From Asterionella formosa (Eukaryota), in the NCBI GenBank assembly GCA_002256025.1, contig NKIB01010176.1:1-64000 (forward strand): a DNA stretch of 64,000 nucleotides. The letters are read 5' to 3'. Below, one piece after another: positions 36,839 through 49,768 of this stretch. The position numbers and the translations under genes are program-made. Each line of letters opens with the position of its first letter. The first letter of the stretch is position 1. Below the pieces are notes generated by a model that worked only from the letters and a program-made list of their open reading frames with translations, was not told the DNA's origin and searched no databases.

Positions 36839-39044
36839 CAATCCCCACCCTAGCTATTGCCTTGCTTTACAATGAGATCTGTGAGTGTCTAAGTAATTTT
36901 TGGTATCTCTAAGTAATGTTGATTAAGTGGCACAGTGGATTTTTTGGCAGTCCAATTATAGGTTTGAACAGGGACCATCAAGCAATGTCAGGAGTAGAAT
37001 CTTCATGAAAAAGTTAAGGAATCGATGGGGGATGAATAGGAGTGAAGGAGACCATAGAAATATCAGGAGGAGCAGTATGGACAGAAAGCGCCATGGTCAA
37101 GGGTGATTGAAGCAGTAGCAGCAGTGCTGTGGGAACAGTCATAGGCCGTGTACCAGAGTAGTATAAATATTAGAGAACAAGAACCCCAGAAAGTTCAATA
37201 TTACATTGTTGAAAAGTTATGGCTACATAGCATACAGTATATGCTCAGGGTACCACCTGAGATAGCCCTTATAGAAGCTAGTTTATAATGTTCTACCTTA
37301 GATGTTGCAATTTGTTTCTATTAATAAAATGCTACAGTGTGGTTGTTGTGAGCGGCTGGAGAATCCTGAATCATACCCTTGCCGCCTTGACCATGACAAA
37401 AATGAAGAATTTCTCCATGAAAAATGAAAAAAATGCTATGCTATTTGGAAAATATATTATGCATGATATATACAATACAACCATAGAAGAAATGCATGCA
37501 ACCATATGACCACCAAGCTTTGTTGTGAAGGCAAGAACCAAGGACGCACCCTGTAACAGTAACAAGAAACATCCTTCAAGGCAGACACTGGCAATCAGAC
37601 AGGGAACCAATTGGCAACGATTTCAAGCAATGCTACAATCAACTTGAGCAGCAGTGACAGGGGAAGCAACAAACGGGTAATCCAATGGACAGGCATAGTG
37701 ACGAGGGAAGTGTGGAAAATTACGACTTGCAGATGGATTGTCTGGAAATCAATTTTTGGAAATGCCATTGCATGCAAATTGCCTAGCAAATGGCCTACAG
37801 ATCCATCAGATTGTCAAGAAAGTGCCTCAAAACATATAATAGTATCTAATTATTAATTCCTATAGTTTGTTATCATTATACCTGTTCATTAGTTCACCAA
37901 TGCAACTACAAGCACCACCATTGTTGATCAGCTGGTTGATTTAACCTTGTGGTTTTCTCATGCTATATTGTGCTCGAAGGGTATCTTAATGGCCGATTTT
38001 TCCAAAATAAGAAAGGAGTAACATGAAGTACTATAAGCATTTGTGGAGAGACTCCACTAAAACTTTGGTGAAACTCGCAAAAGAAGTTTTAACCTACAGG
38101 AAAAACAGGCTAAAACAACCCAGAAAATACTAATGTTCTACTACGGCGAAGGTTGCATTTTATTTGTGATGGGTGATGAAGTCGTTTTCATACTTACTTT
38201 GTACTTGTGTCGAATATGATACCTATATATTTACTAGACTACCGGTACCGTTTTCTGATATATACGGTATGTGGTGCATAACATGTTGTCCCGTACGGTA
38301 CCACGTACCAGGTACTCCTACTTTGGAGTAACTGTTACTCTCCTTGAGGCACCGATCAATAATCCTGTCTACCGGTACCAGGTACTGTAGAAGTTGTTCC
38401 AGTAAAGTACCGGTAGCTGGTCAGTATATATATAGTATGTATTCACAGCACTTCTCATACCGGGTAGCTAAATATAGAGCTAATGATTGTCCATTCGTGC
38501 TGCTCTTGTAGCTATGTACGTAGAGTCGAATTTCCCGGAGCTACCCGGTAAGGTGATGGATCATGCAAAGTAATGATATATTGACTCAATGCTGACGTAT
38601 GTAGCGCCGGTTCTCTAGAGAATTCAAGAAGGAATGTCGAGTTTTGCTAACAACAAAAAAGCTGCATCATTGAAGATGACAAAATGACATCGAGAAGCCC
38701 GATGTCGTTCTATGATGATTTGGTCTTGTGAAATAAAGAACTAAGGAACAATCGCCCTCCTTGCATACCACGACCTGTTGCCGGTACCAGGTACCTGGTT
38801 CCTTTAGGTAGTATGCCTTTTGAAATGCCAGTACACAAAGGTAACTCTCCATTGCTGATGGATGACGAGAACACACATCACTTCGTCATATAGAATACCG
38901 GTACCACCAGAGTTGTCAACAGAAAAAATAGAGTGGGTGTCAAGGATTTTCTTTATATACTTTATTGAGCGATGCTGCAATCACACAAAATAGTGAAATG
39001 AATTAGTAATCACAAGAACGGAAGAACACGAAGGACAAGCAACT

Positions 39045-40340
39045 ATGGCCAATCAACCAAGAGACAAAACCGAAAGATACGCTGCCGAAAAAAACAAATT
39101 TGCTACGTCTGTTGGGGCAAAGGCAGCGGCAACTCTTGCAGAGTTCGAGACGAAGACGAAGATTCATGATGGGACTGATGCCATACAAAAATTCGCTTGG
39201 AACGATCTCATACTGGGTAAGATGCTTGGCAAAGGAGGTTTCAACAACGTCTATGAAGTCAATATCCCTGATACAAGCGAGCATGGGACCAAATCTTCAC
39301 ACATGAAAGGACCATACGCTCTCAAGAGCCTGAAAGAGTCAGTGATGACTCACAGGCACTCGTTCCTTTCTGGTGCCGTGGATTTGGTTTACGAGGCAAA
39401 ACTTCTTTCTGTTCTCAATCACCAAAACATCATAAAAGTACATGGCCTCCCACAAACGCCAGTATCTGAGTGTTACTTAAGTGGGAAGGGGGGATATTTC
39501 ATTATCCTTGACAGGCTCATTGGGACAGTAGACGACAAGATTATTTCATGGAGGAATGGGCTCAACTCACAGTGCTCGTCATCGTCGTCATCGTCATCAG
39601 ACTCTGGACGAAGGACAAGAAAGAGCAGAGTGTGCACAAGCAGTAAGATGGGCGATCGTCTTAATGACATTGCTATCCCAATCGCGGAAGCGATGAAGTA
39701 CCTGCATTCCAAAAATGTTATTTTTAGGGATCTCAAGCCAAGTAACGTAGGTTTTGATCAGAATGGAACCATCAAGCTATTCGATTTCGGTTTGGCTCGT
39801 GAAATCACTGACCCTGGTAAATGCATGACAGGTTGCACTGGGTCACGACGGTAAGTTACTGAGTCCCAACATGTGGGCTTGTTGCTATTCTTCTGTCAAA
39901 ACTCACAATATTCTCATATTGATAGATATATGGCTCCAGAAGTTGCCCTGAATTATTTTTATGGATTACCAGCAGATGTGTACTCATTTGGTATCATGCT
40001 ATGGGAGATAGTAACTCTTAAGAAGCCCTTTGAAGACATGGACAGGGAACAACACCTAGATACCGTGATCCGGGCCCATTTACGGCCTTCGGTTGATTCA
40101 TCGTGTGGATCTTCATCCTTGAGGAAGCTAATGAAGAACTCATGGGATCGAATGCCAGATCAAAGACCTAGCTTCGACAAGGTCCTTGAGCTCCTCCAGG
40201 AGGACAAAGTGGAAAGAGAAGAAAGTGAATCGAATCCACCGCCCGTAAAGACAAATTGGTACAACTTAGGGATAGCAGGGTTTCTGCGTGGAGCTGCTGT
40301 AAGCCCGCAAACCAACCAAAGGCGGGCTTGTGCTGCGTAA
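39045..40340 (+). CDS. Ser/Thr (TKL-like) protein kinase; 2 exons
   Basis: Motifs LGKGGFNNVY, YALK, IFRDLKPSNVGFD and LFDFGLARE. Intron 39851-39925 (GTAAGT...ATAG) restores TGSRRYMAPEV, followed by DVYSFGIMLWE and W...PDQRPSF. Confidence 0.95.
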
Positions 40341-40479
40341 AAAGATAAAACTGAATAAATGAGTGTAGTGGGCCTGTTCATAATTTTTTTAAAAGTTAAT
40401 ATAAGACCATAATCAACATGATTCTTCGTCTGATACTTGCTCGAAAAACTTCGTTCTATTGTGACCTCTCAGAATGTCG

Positions 40480-41150
40480 CCTTCTGCTGGTTCGTATGGA
40501 AGAGTTATTTGGATACTCAAGGCTTTTTAGTAACACTTCTTTGATAGTTGTGAAAGATGGTCGATCCTCTGATCTGCTGTCCCAACACCTGGTGATGACA
40601 TTCTAAACTTTTGTTGGGCCATGTTGTCGAGTAAGCTTCGGCCGCTTGTCTTTGACGAGCAAATTCATGATTTCGGTCAAATTTTCGAATGGTTTCTTGA
40701 GTGTACAGAGCTTCCACATCAAAATCCCACGGAGTATGAATCCGCAGTGAGCCCGTAATGCTGAGATTCTGCTACCTCTGGGGCCATATATCGCATTGTA
40801 CCAGTGCATCCCGTTAGGCGGCGTCCGTGGCTGAACAATCTATTCAGTAGCAAAAATTCAGTGTCGCCGTGGCCCATATCTGCATTTACATCATGCAGTT
40901 CGATGATGTTTGTGTGGCTCAGCTCAGACAACAAATTTGCCTCGGTTAGTTAATGAAACGTTCATATTCTCGATGCACTCCTTTCTCCTTTCAGAGATAA
41001 ATTTCAACGCATATGCTTCCGCGCCATGACCTCGCGAAGATGAACACTGCCCATTCGTCGGTTTGAGGGAGGCTGTATTGATTTGATTGAAAGATCCTCG
41101 TCCAAGAGCTCTCTGTGCAAGCTGAATGTCATCTACATAACTATCAAGCA
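40480..41150 (-). pseudogene. Protein kinase pseudogene, paralog of the adjacent kinase
   Basis: Fragments in different frames: LGRGSFNQI..YALKFIS, LSELSHTNIIELH, LTGCTGTMRYMAPEVAESQHYGLTADSYS and ILMWKLCTLKKPFE. The RDLKPxN and DFG segments are absent. Confidence 0.85.
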
Positions 41151-42079
41151 AAGTTTCTCCTGTGCCGGAACAAAACCGGTATCATAGATTTTTTGCTAAA
41201 TTCTCGGTATATCTACCTACCTCAGTGTATGTTGGGCGCATGCTAAACGTGCATTTTAATGTGTCGTCCTGCGAGGTCCGTCCTATGACAGACAGGCGTC
41301 CGGTACAAGCCTCATGCAGGATTATGGCCACATTTGACGCAGTCTGTGTGGGTATCCCGGCAATTCCCGCTCCAGCTATCGTCTTGCCATTCGGGTACTT
41401 CTAAGTAATTTTTAGGCTCTAAGTAATTTCTTAAGTAATTTTTATATAGGGGCAATAAGGGGCACATCGAATTTTTCGGCAATAAAATTGCCGATATTAG
41501 CATGACAACCAGAATAACGGTAATATGCATAGAGATGGTACAACAAGCGTAAAACATACGAGAATGATTTTAACATGCAACATCAATGAAAATTGAAAAT
41601 GATGTTTGGAGCAACCAAAGTATGAAATGCGATGTAATAAGTAGCATCAAATGAGAAATAGAAAAAATTGTTTTGGGTTAGAAATGAAGTAAAAAAGAGT
41701 TACAATGGAGAGGTATGCATTGTGAATCATTGTAGTACTTACACACCAGGCAACATTGACTTTCCATCACCACACAATCGAAGACCAAAAGAAGAAGAAG
41801 AAAAAAAACTGAACACAATTTAGATTTGCATTGTTATGTAACGTAAATGGTCTGGTTGCTGCCATCATGTGCATCGCTGTAGTAGCCTGATACCAGTAGA
41901 CTATTTCCGCCACAGTCATTCCTCCGCCCACCAAACAAGCAACCCGAATCATTCCATTCTGAGCAAGCGTGATTGCCACACTGCTCCAGCACTATTGACT
42001 CTTTCTAGCTGAGTATTTATGTAGCTTGTGATACAAACTCATAGTATAAATGTAGCAAAGTGCGTTAGTACAAGAAAAG

Positions 42080-42900
42080 CATTGCTTGGCAGCAATATTG
42101 ACATCATGGTAAACGATGATGCACCATACATATCAACAAATACGATTAACAACAATATGTCGTTAAAGAGTAGTCATCGATAAATGCATTGGTTCTTATG
42201 TAGATATATACAATCGAAACAAAACGACAGTGCAGAACGACAAGTGACGATGGAAGCGATCAAAATGGACCATGGAAGCAACCAAATTGGAACTTCGACA
42301 ATGAGTAGTAGTAGTAGTAGTATCTACGATCACATTCAGTGTTTCACTGTTCTTGTACTCACCGATCCGCTCTACCAAGCGTAACACACAGCAGACGATG
42401 GGCTCATAAGAAAGTCGAAAGTTCCTGTTGCAAGCCCAAATTGAGCAACGGCATGCAGGATAGAGTGAGAATTATAATTGTGAGGACGAAATCGGTCATA
42501 TGGTACATAAAATCAATCAATATGTTAACAATACAATTTAACATTCTGGTCTCGTAAAGATAATACCGAGTCTACAGCGATAATATTGTAACGTGTTCAA
42601 AGTAAGCATTAAAGTTTAGCTTACACCATCCACGGTTGTTTTCATTACCACATACGTTTGTAAGCTAGATGACTACCGGTGGAATATCCGTTAAGCATCG
42701 TCATCACATGCATGACTGGAGTAAAAACATGCCACCAAAATCAGATTTATCGCTACCATCGTTTGTCCGACGAAATATGGACGATGCGACTACATGAATA
42801 CCTCGAGAAGACAAGCAATCCAACAACCAACCGCATCCGTTAGACAACGAATCGCTACTGGCGTCATCACTGAACTGATTTCGCTTCAAACCGGTCATGA
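42080..42900 (-). pseudogene. Possible disrupted multi-exon membrane protein gene
   Basis: CpG-rich, coding-like pieces (ORF 42704-42898; hydrophobic ILLLLLIVEVPIWLLPWSILIASIV near 42240-42325) and GTGAGT/GTAAGC donor-like sites. I could not assemble a clean ORF. Confidence 0.25.
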
Positions 42901-43028
42901 TGGACGACGATTGGTATGGTGAAAGGTGAATTGCCGGATTCCACTTTCCAGGAGACGAACAAAAACGAGGTAAATTCTAGATATAAATCATTCAAATCTG
43001 CAGATTATATAAAATGGTTTCCTCAAGT

Positions 43029-46000
43029 AGACCCCTTGCCAATTTCGGCAATCCCAGGGCTGGAAAACCGAGGGGCAATTGCTTCAAATTGTAATGCCGA
43101 AATGAGAACATAGGAAATATACAAAAGAAATTTTAATGATGGGCAATATCGGACCTTTGGCAATTTTCGAGGTGAAGATAGGAAATATACAAAATATATT
43201 TTATATGATGGGCAATACTAGGCTAAAATTGACATTTACACTCGATGAGTGGGCAGTAGGTAAGCGAATGTCACGACGATAGCTAGTTTGTGAATTGCCT
43301 CAGCAATACCCTTCTCGGTGTCTACATGCCTTCTCGTACACATGTGTACTCGGCTGGGATGGCACTCGCAGGTTGACCTTCTTGCAGCGCCAGGGGTGCC
43401 ACTCGTTTGGTCAACCTACTCGCACCTCCCAAGCCTCAAACACAAGAATACTCGCATGCAGTCTCCACCCTCGGTTGTGTCTTACCTTCAGTAATTCTTG
43501 ACTGGAATATTTCGAGAATTCCCATGCAAACAAGATGTATATGCATATTTGTGATCACTAAGAATTTGTATGATTTCCTTTGATAGCGCTAAGTACAACA
43601 ATAGGTTCAGTATTCTCCCCATCTCCTTGAACCTGTTGTTGGACAATATAAATCCAACAATTACTGATTCAGAATATACTTATAGAATGCAAGCTGTGTT
43701 CAAAGCAAAGCCAGACCCACAAACATATATGGCAGATATTCAAGTGATAATTGTTAATCATGGGGACCAAGAGAATAGGTCACAGTTTATAGAAGTCTGG
43801 GATGATCCCAAGGATGCTGATGAAGAGGAAGTGAATAAATTATTACTAATAGTTGATACTCAGTCATATTATCTAAACTGGAATTGATTCATCAATGCCT
43901 GACTGCGAGCTAGCCACTGGCTTTCCAAATCAGGATTATCTACTGTTTTTGCTAATTCCTCCTCAATGATATCATCATTGCACTCATCACGTATCCACAG
44001 ACCATCGCCCCTTGGATAATTAGTAATTTTGTTTAGTCATGCCTTCACTTCACTTTGATTGTCGAGTAGATCACGACTGTTGAGGTATATCCTACCTTAT
44101 TTCAATAGAATGTTTTTGAGCATGCAACTGGTGACAAATGCATTGTCAATATTCTGTTGATTATGCATGTGGCTGAAATCTTAAGGGATGCACACCGTTT
44201 TTCAGAATACCAAAAACTCCTTCAATGTCTTTGCGAACAGGCTCCATTGTCTGACTTCCAGAAAGTCCTGTTTTCTTCAAGGAATATCCAAGACATAATC
44301 AGTGAAGATATCTACCATTGTAAAGAAGGTATTTCCCATGAAATGATCGATAGTTCCCTGCTCTGCTTACTACTGCATTCCATCCTTTTGAGTGTCGTCA
44401 TCCATTGCCTTGTTAAAGGTTCAGCATTGCAATATTGGTTCTGACTATCATGTGTGTATCATTTCTAGCTCCAGGATGACGAGGTGAAACTGCCTGACTG
44501 AATTTTCGGCTCGTGCAGATGACCTCATAGTATGCAATGGACGGAAAAACCTCTTTGCCTGTGTGTACATTTGAAAATATTAACTAGGGCGCTGGTCCCA
44601 GCCAATGTGTACACAATAAACTAAACCAACACATCCACTGATTCCCATGTCACTGTATTCATTTGCTGCAAAACTGTTTTGTTCATCGTCACATGGCATG
44701 TAGATGAAGTCATATTGAAGTGATGCCGTCTTCTCTGTCCAATTGATAAAGAATGATTGATGTGTTTCTTCGCTCAATTTTGTGTTCATACTGACAACAA
44801 AATGAGTAGCAGCTATCCCAATTGTAAATAAAGCTCCATGTAATTTAAGCTCCAAGTCGCCCACTGAAAGGCCATAATAGTCAAGAACTTGTCGGCCTTC
44901 CATACTAGCGGCCACCATTTTTCAAACATTTAAATCAAGTAAGTGATCTCTGAAGACTGAATAAGGGATACTGAACATGCGCCTAAATCAGTTAGCTTCT
45001 CTTCAATTTGGTTCAGTCAAATATATGTCCTTAAAGGAAGGGTCAAGAAAAAGCGTCCACCAGTTGCTTGATTCTTTAGATTTCCTCTTGTAATGAGTTC
45101 TGTAAAACTTGCTCTTTTCGAATGTGTTTTTCTCTCCAGAAGAGAGTGATGACAGGAGTATGCTGTGGTCATAATCACTGCTGTCCTTGACCCCCTCATC
45201 CTTATCACTTTCAAGAATGATGGAAATGGCTGCATTACAGAGATTGATGCCAATTGATTCAGCAAGCTTATTGCTTGCGCTGCTGAAAGTAGAGCAACAG
45301 ATGATGCAATGGTAAGCAAGGACATGCAATGTTTTGAGAGAGTGCAACGCAGCAACGATTGTGAATGCAATGGCAACAGCAGTGGATGCAAATAAACAGA
45401 ACTTGGATATACTCAGCAGAACCTCATTTAATGTTTGACAGCTTATCGCTTCGACCTTCTCATCTTCAAACAAACTCGACTCAATTAGAATTTGATTTTA
45501 ATTAATCTGTCAGGAAATCCAAAAATATTTTCACTTTCCATTTGCATTTCTAGTCTTTTTTATGATTATAGATTTTATCCAACAACTCAATACTCGCTAT
45601 CTTGGTCCTCGTTTTAAGAAGTGGATGCAAATCAAATCGTATCAAGTTTTTCGAGTTGAAGTGGCTGTCAGTGGACCCGATCTTAATTTCGCTTTTTAAT
45701 TTATAAATTAATAAACTTTGTCATAATGATGGAATTATCTAGTGAATCAAAAGAGCATACAGAATTTTGTGAATTATTTGACGTAAATTGAAATTCTTTC
45801 ATTGATTTGAACTCTCAGCAGACCCAAACCAAGTCTTGCTTTCAATTTGAAGCATTAGCCTTCATCAAGCACATGATCTTTGATTGGCTGTCCAACACCA
45901 CAAAGCAGTTTTCAACCTAGTCGACGCAAAGCGAATTATTTTATTTGGTTCAACTCTAAGCAGACACAAATTGATTTTTCAAACCATATGAATCATAAGT

Positions 46001-46600
46001 CTTCGTCAAATAATAACAACAGTATGTGTGCACTTTTCGAACTAGTTGACAAAAACCTGACCGAAATGTTTGTTTTTGATTGAATGCTCAGTGGATCTAA
46101 ATCGAGTTTCTCTTTCCATGTGAATTTTTTGTATTTGTCATGACGACATTTTGTCAAAAAACTCGACCAACCTAGAATCGATTTAACATTATCTGCTGTC
46201 AGTAAATCCCAAATCAATTATCGCGTTTCTTCCACGTAGCATATGAATTCTTCTTAATTACTATGATGTATTTTATTGAACAATTGAAAACATAATGCAG
46301 GTCCTTGTTCATACATGTCAATGCAAATCATAATATTCGAGTTGAACTGCTGTCAGCAGACGTAAACCGAATTCTGCTTTCCACTTGAATTATTAATCTT
46401 CTTCATGATGATTGATAACAAACAGATTTGACACTTTCACAGTACGCAGCACGCTACACTATGGTAATCAGTAGGTCGAACGAAATTTTGTATGATTCTC
46501 TATTTAAGTAGCTAATTTACATTAATAGTCCATTTGCATTTTCGAAATGACTCTTTGTTCATGATTGCTGATCCAGTTGGCGACAACAACATGCAATTAG
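43029..46600 (-). mobile_element. Decayed PIF/Harbinger-type DNA transposon (Plant_tran-like DDE transposase)
   Basis: Minus-strand fragments RRMFSIPYSVF, LELKLHGALFTIG and Y...GISGCVGLVYCVHIGWDQRP (compare GFPGCVGSVDCVHIxWxxCP). A terminal repeat at 43029-43081 matches 7552-7604. The right boundary is uncertain. Confidence 0.8.
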
Positions 46601-47320
46601 AAATCTGCTGACAACGAATAGAAACTGCTGACTACAACTAGAACTGCTGAGTACAACTAGAAGATATTGATTGCTGTTGAATTCCATTAGCAAACCGTCA
46701 TCCAGTTGCTGAATACCAATAGGCTTACCAGTGGTAATAGGTGAACACGATTTCGATGATCAGAACACGACTTGGATTTAATGAATGATAATTTAGCATT
46801 GAAGAAAGTTACTTAAGATAGTTTGGAATGAAAAGCCAGTCTATATCGTCCGGCAGGCATGAGACAGTCTTTTGGGAGTGCGTAGAAACTGAAAAAGAGG
46901 TGAGAACAAAACGTGCGCTACCGGACCTTCCTGGTACCTGGTACCAGGTACCAGAAACCTTAGGGGTGGCACTGGTGTACTGGTAGACTTCGGTTCTTGT
47001 ACCTGGTACCAGGGGTACACACAATTCCAAGAATCCCTACAGGTGAATCCAAACCAGGGGTGCGATTCTGTGAAGGATTCTCAAGTCATGGTTGAATCGT
47101 GGTCGAGACGCCTGGATTGTGAACGACAAATTTACATGTGCTATGCTACCGGTGTATAATATATACTCCGTGCAAAGGAAAGGTTTGTTTTCTGATGCAT
47201 TTTTACTCAACGAATATTCCAGCCTATGGTTACTACCTGGTACCGTTACTAAAGCCACAACAAGCGCCAAAAATACAGGTGCGGCACAATAACACCTAGA
47301 CTACTGCCTGGTATCAGATC

Positions 47321-48028
47321 ATGAGAAGACGATTTTACCCCAAAAGTGTGGACGAAGAACCGGCTGATCGTGTTCATCAATCGCTTCGTCAGGCGAAGAA
47401 GATAGTGAAAGACTTGGAGCAGAGAAAGAACTGTTCGCGGAGAAAAGTTCTTGTGGAATACACGCAAGTCTTGAATCATGTCATCGATGCGATCTCCAAG
47501 CTGGAGACGACATCTCAGCACCAAGAGGATTCGACTCACACCACGTTGCCGGAGACGGTGGATTCGAGTGATCACTACGCTTACCGCTATGGCGGCTACC
47601 AAACAGAAAGCATTGAAACGACGGCAACTTGGACATTTAAACCAACTAGAATTCGGGAGCATCATCATCATCATGACGGGGACGACGATGCCTGGTCCAT
47701 CGCGTCGGATGACTTCCTCCCTCTATACATGACGGACAGGGATGCCCCAGATGAGTCAGAGTTTGAAACGATAATGATGGGATATGCTGACGGCTTTGCT
47801 CCTGTAACTATCAATGTAGATACCCGGCCTCCACGAATGGGTTTGTTGCCCCCGAGCACGAAGGTGGCGCCTCCACGCGTGATTAAAGTGTGCAGGAATG
47901 AGTCACATGGTAGAAAACACAGCGCTCCGCTAGTGTCTGTTTCAGAGGCCGTACCGCGAAATCATAGCGGATGGCGGTCGGTTGGCAGCGGGCAATCGGA
48001 AAAAAGTGGCAGTAGAGCTGAATTCTGA
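47321..48028 (+). CDS. Hypothetical protein (235 aa)
   Basis: ATG-initiated ORF, CpG-rich, with an N-terminal helical segment and a His/Asp-rich linker. No domain recognised. Confidence 0.7.
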   Translation: MRRRFYPKSVDEEPADRVHQSLRQAKKIVKDLEQRKNCSRRKVLVEYTQVLNHVIDAISKLETTSQHQEDSTHTTLPETVDSSDHYAYRYGGYQTESIETTATWTFKPTRIREHHHHHDGDDDAWSIASDDFLPLYMTDRDAPDESEFETIMMGYADGFAPVTINVDTRPPRMGLLPPSTKVAPPRVIKVCRNESHGRKHSAPLVSVSEAVPRNHSGWRSVGSGQSEKSGSRAEF

Positions 48029-48198
48029 GTCTACCCTCACTTTGTTTAATTGCACAACTACATATCATGAGCGACGAACACATCTTTCATAAAAAGAATT
48101 CATAGACACTGAGAGACCACAATTCATGTTCTAAGCACACTGAAAGTCAGTCGTTGTAGGGCCCTAAGTATCGACATTGCCAGTGAGCTATTCTCTAT

Positions 48199-49167
48199 TT
48201 AAAATCTGCTAGCATCTATAGTTCTATGTTTTTCCTCAGCCCACGATATCAAGGAATGTCGCGGGTTTGGAATAAAGTCTAAAATTCGATCACCAAAATC
48301 ATCCAAATTGCCCATGTCCACAAAGGCGTACGAAATTCGTCCGTGCTTCAACCAAAGTCCTAGAGTTTCGTCCCTGGTCATGGCATCTCGAAACATGTCA
48401 TTCGAGAGAACAAAACCACCTCCTTCTCCCCGTTGCGTCGCTCTCACTTGCTCTCTTCGAGCAATTGTCAGAGCATACGAATCATCGTCATCACGAGGAG
48501 GTGCTTCCACTAGCAGCCCTCGCGTCTTGAATTCGTTCAAAACCTGCCGCTGCTCAGAATTATTCTCGTGGTTGTTGTTGCCTCGTAACCAAGGAGCGGG
48601 TATCACGATTGTCACTCGAACACCGATGGCCAAGAAATAATTGGCAGCCACTTGAATTCCCTTTGCATCTGGTTCTCGTTTACCAGGAGTTCCGGAATGG
48701 GCATCCGCGTACGCGTATGCTATGTTGGCACCATCCATAACCACCAAAGGGCCCTTGGCATCGTGCGATTCAATGCCTTCCATTCGTTCCATGGGCGGAT
48801 CTTCTCCTCCAATGACTAGCCTCGTTATGGTGTGGTACGTTGCCGCATGGCTGTGTTGGTGAGTTGCTGCATGGCTGCTGTGGTAATTTTGAGTACTAAC
48901 AAGAGGTGGCCCATAAACTCCATCCAGGTCGTCCATGACTTCGTCATTGTCATGACCGATAACTAGTCTCATAGACTGCTTGGATCGTTGTTTCGTAGGG
49001 GGCTGAAAGGAATGGTGCCCAGCTGCCGAAGTTAACGATGTGATGTTATTGTCGTGTGTGCGGTGACTATACTCTGCAGTAGTCGTTGTTGTCGCAGCTG
49101 CCTTTGCAGTTGCTCTATTCTCAGTCACTGGACGTCCTTCTTCAACTAATCGAGGCCGAGCCGACAT
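48199..49167 (-). CDS. Zc3h12a/Regnase-like NYN (PIN-fold) ribonuclease domain protein
   Basis: Motifs VVMDGANIA, GIQVAANYF, DDDDSYAL and VLSNDMFRD retain the acidic catalytic residues typical of the RNase_Zc3h12a family. No CCCH finger is visible. Confidence 0.88.
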   Translation of the reverse strand: MSARPRLVEEGRPVTENRATAKAAATTTTTAEYSHRTHDNNITSLTSAAGHHSFQPPTKQRSKQSMRLVIGHDNDEVMDDLDGVYGPPLVSTQNYHSSHAATHQHSHAATYHTITRLVIGGEDPPMERMEGIESHDAKGPLVVMDGANIAYAYADAHSGTPGKREPDAKGIQVAANYFLAIGVRVTIVIPAPWLRGNNNHENNSEQRQVLNEFKTRGLLVEAPPRDDDDSYALTIARREQVRATQRGEGGGFVLSNDMFRDAMTRDETLGLWLKHGRISYAFVDMGNLDDFGDRILDFIPNPRHSLISWAEEKHRTIDASRF

Positions 49168-49768
49168 GCTGTTCGAGGTCGTAATACTAAACTAGGCACG
49201 CTAGTCTATGCTGCCAAAGAGCAGGTTGAGGTGTACGCTGCTATGCTGTGTTCCTGTCTCGCCCCGGTTGGCATGGACTTCTTTGGCCGGTACCACATTT
49301 AATGAAAAATCTTAACGTTTTCCTTTGCTCCCATCGCAGCGCAAAATGTAACACGGATCACACAAGCGCATGACAGATATAATCACAAGGTATACTAAGT
49401 ACCGGTATGTGACGAACGAAATACGAAGTGCAACGCGGCATAAACAAATGTATCGTGGCGTATGTATCAGACATACGAACAAATATATACCGGTATGCCG
49501 GTAGTTCAATACCGGTAATTTATACATAGAACGCAGTAGTACTAACGGTAGCCTAAAGCTAGAGGATTGTATTCGTAGCGCTCAATGGCACAGAAAAACG
49601 TGGTTGTGTGGTGAGAGTTTTGGGTGGTCACTCGCTCGTGCAGGAGTCTTGTAAAAAAAAATTGCTATAATGTTTGTACAGCCATAGCCAGGTCCATGAA
49701 TACTAACACTTGTCTTGTAGTATGTGGGTCGAGAACCTGCGTGTCTTCCCAAAACTTGTCTGAGCATT

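Noticed and set aside
41400..41445. CTAAGTAATTT short repeats (also near 36888-36917) as a regulatory element
   Set aside because: They are short and AT-rich with few copies, and simple slippage explains them.
46920..47015. Interstitial telomeric repeat or cloning-linker (KpnI) artefact
   Set aside because: The motif is palindromic and switches orientation, unlike G-strand telomere repeats. The copies are degenerate and dispersed, unlike linkers. It is kept as an unexplained motif finding.
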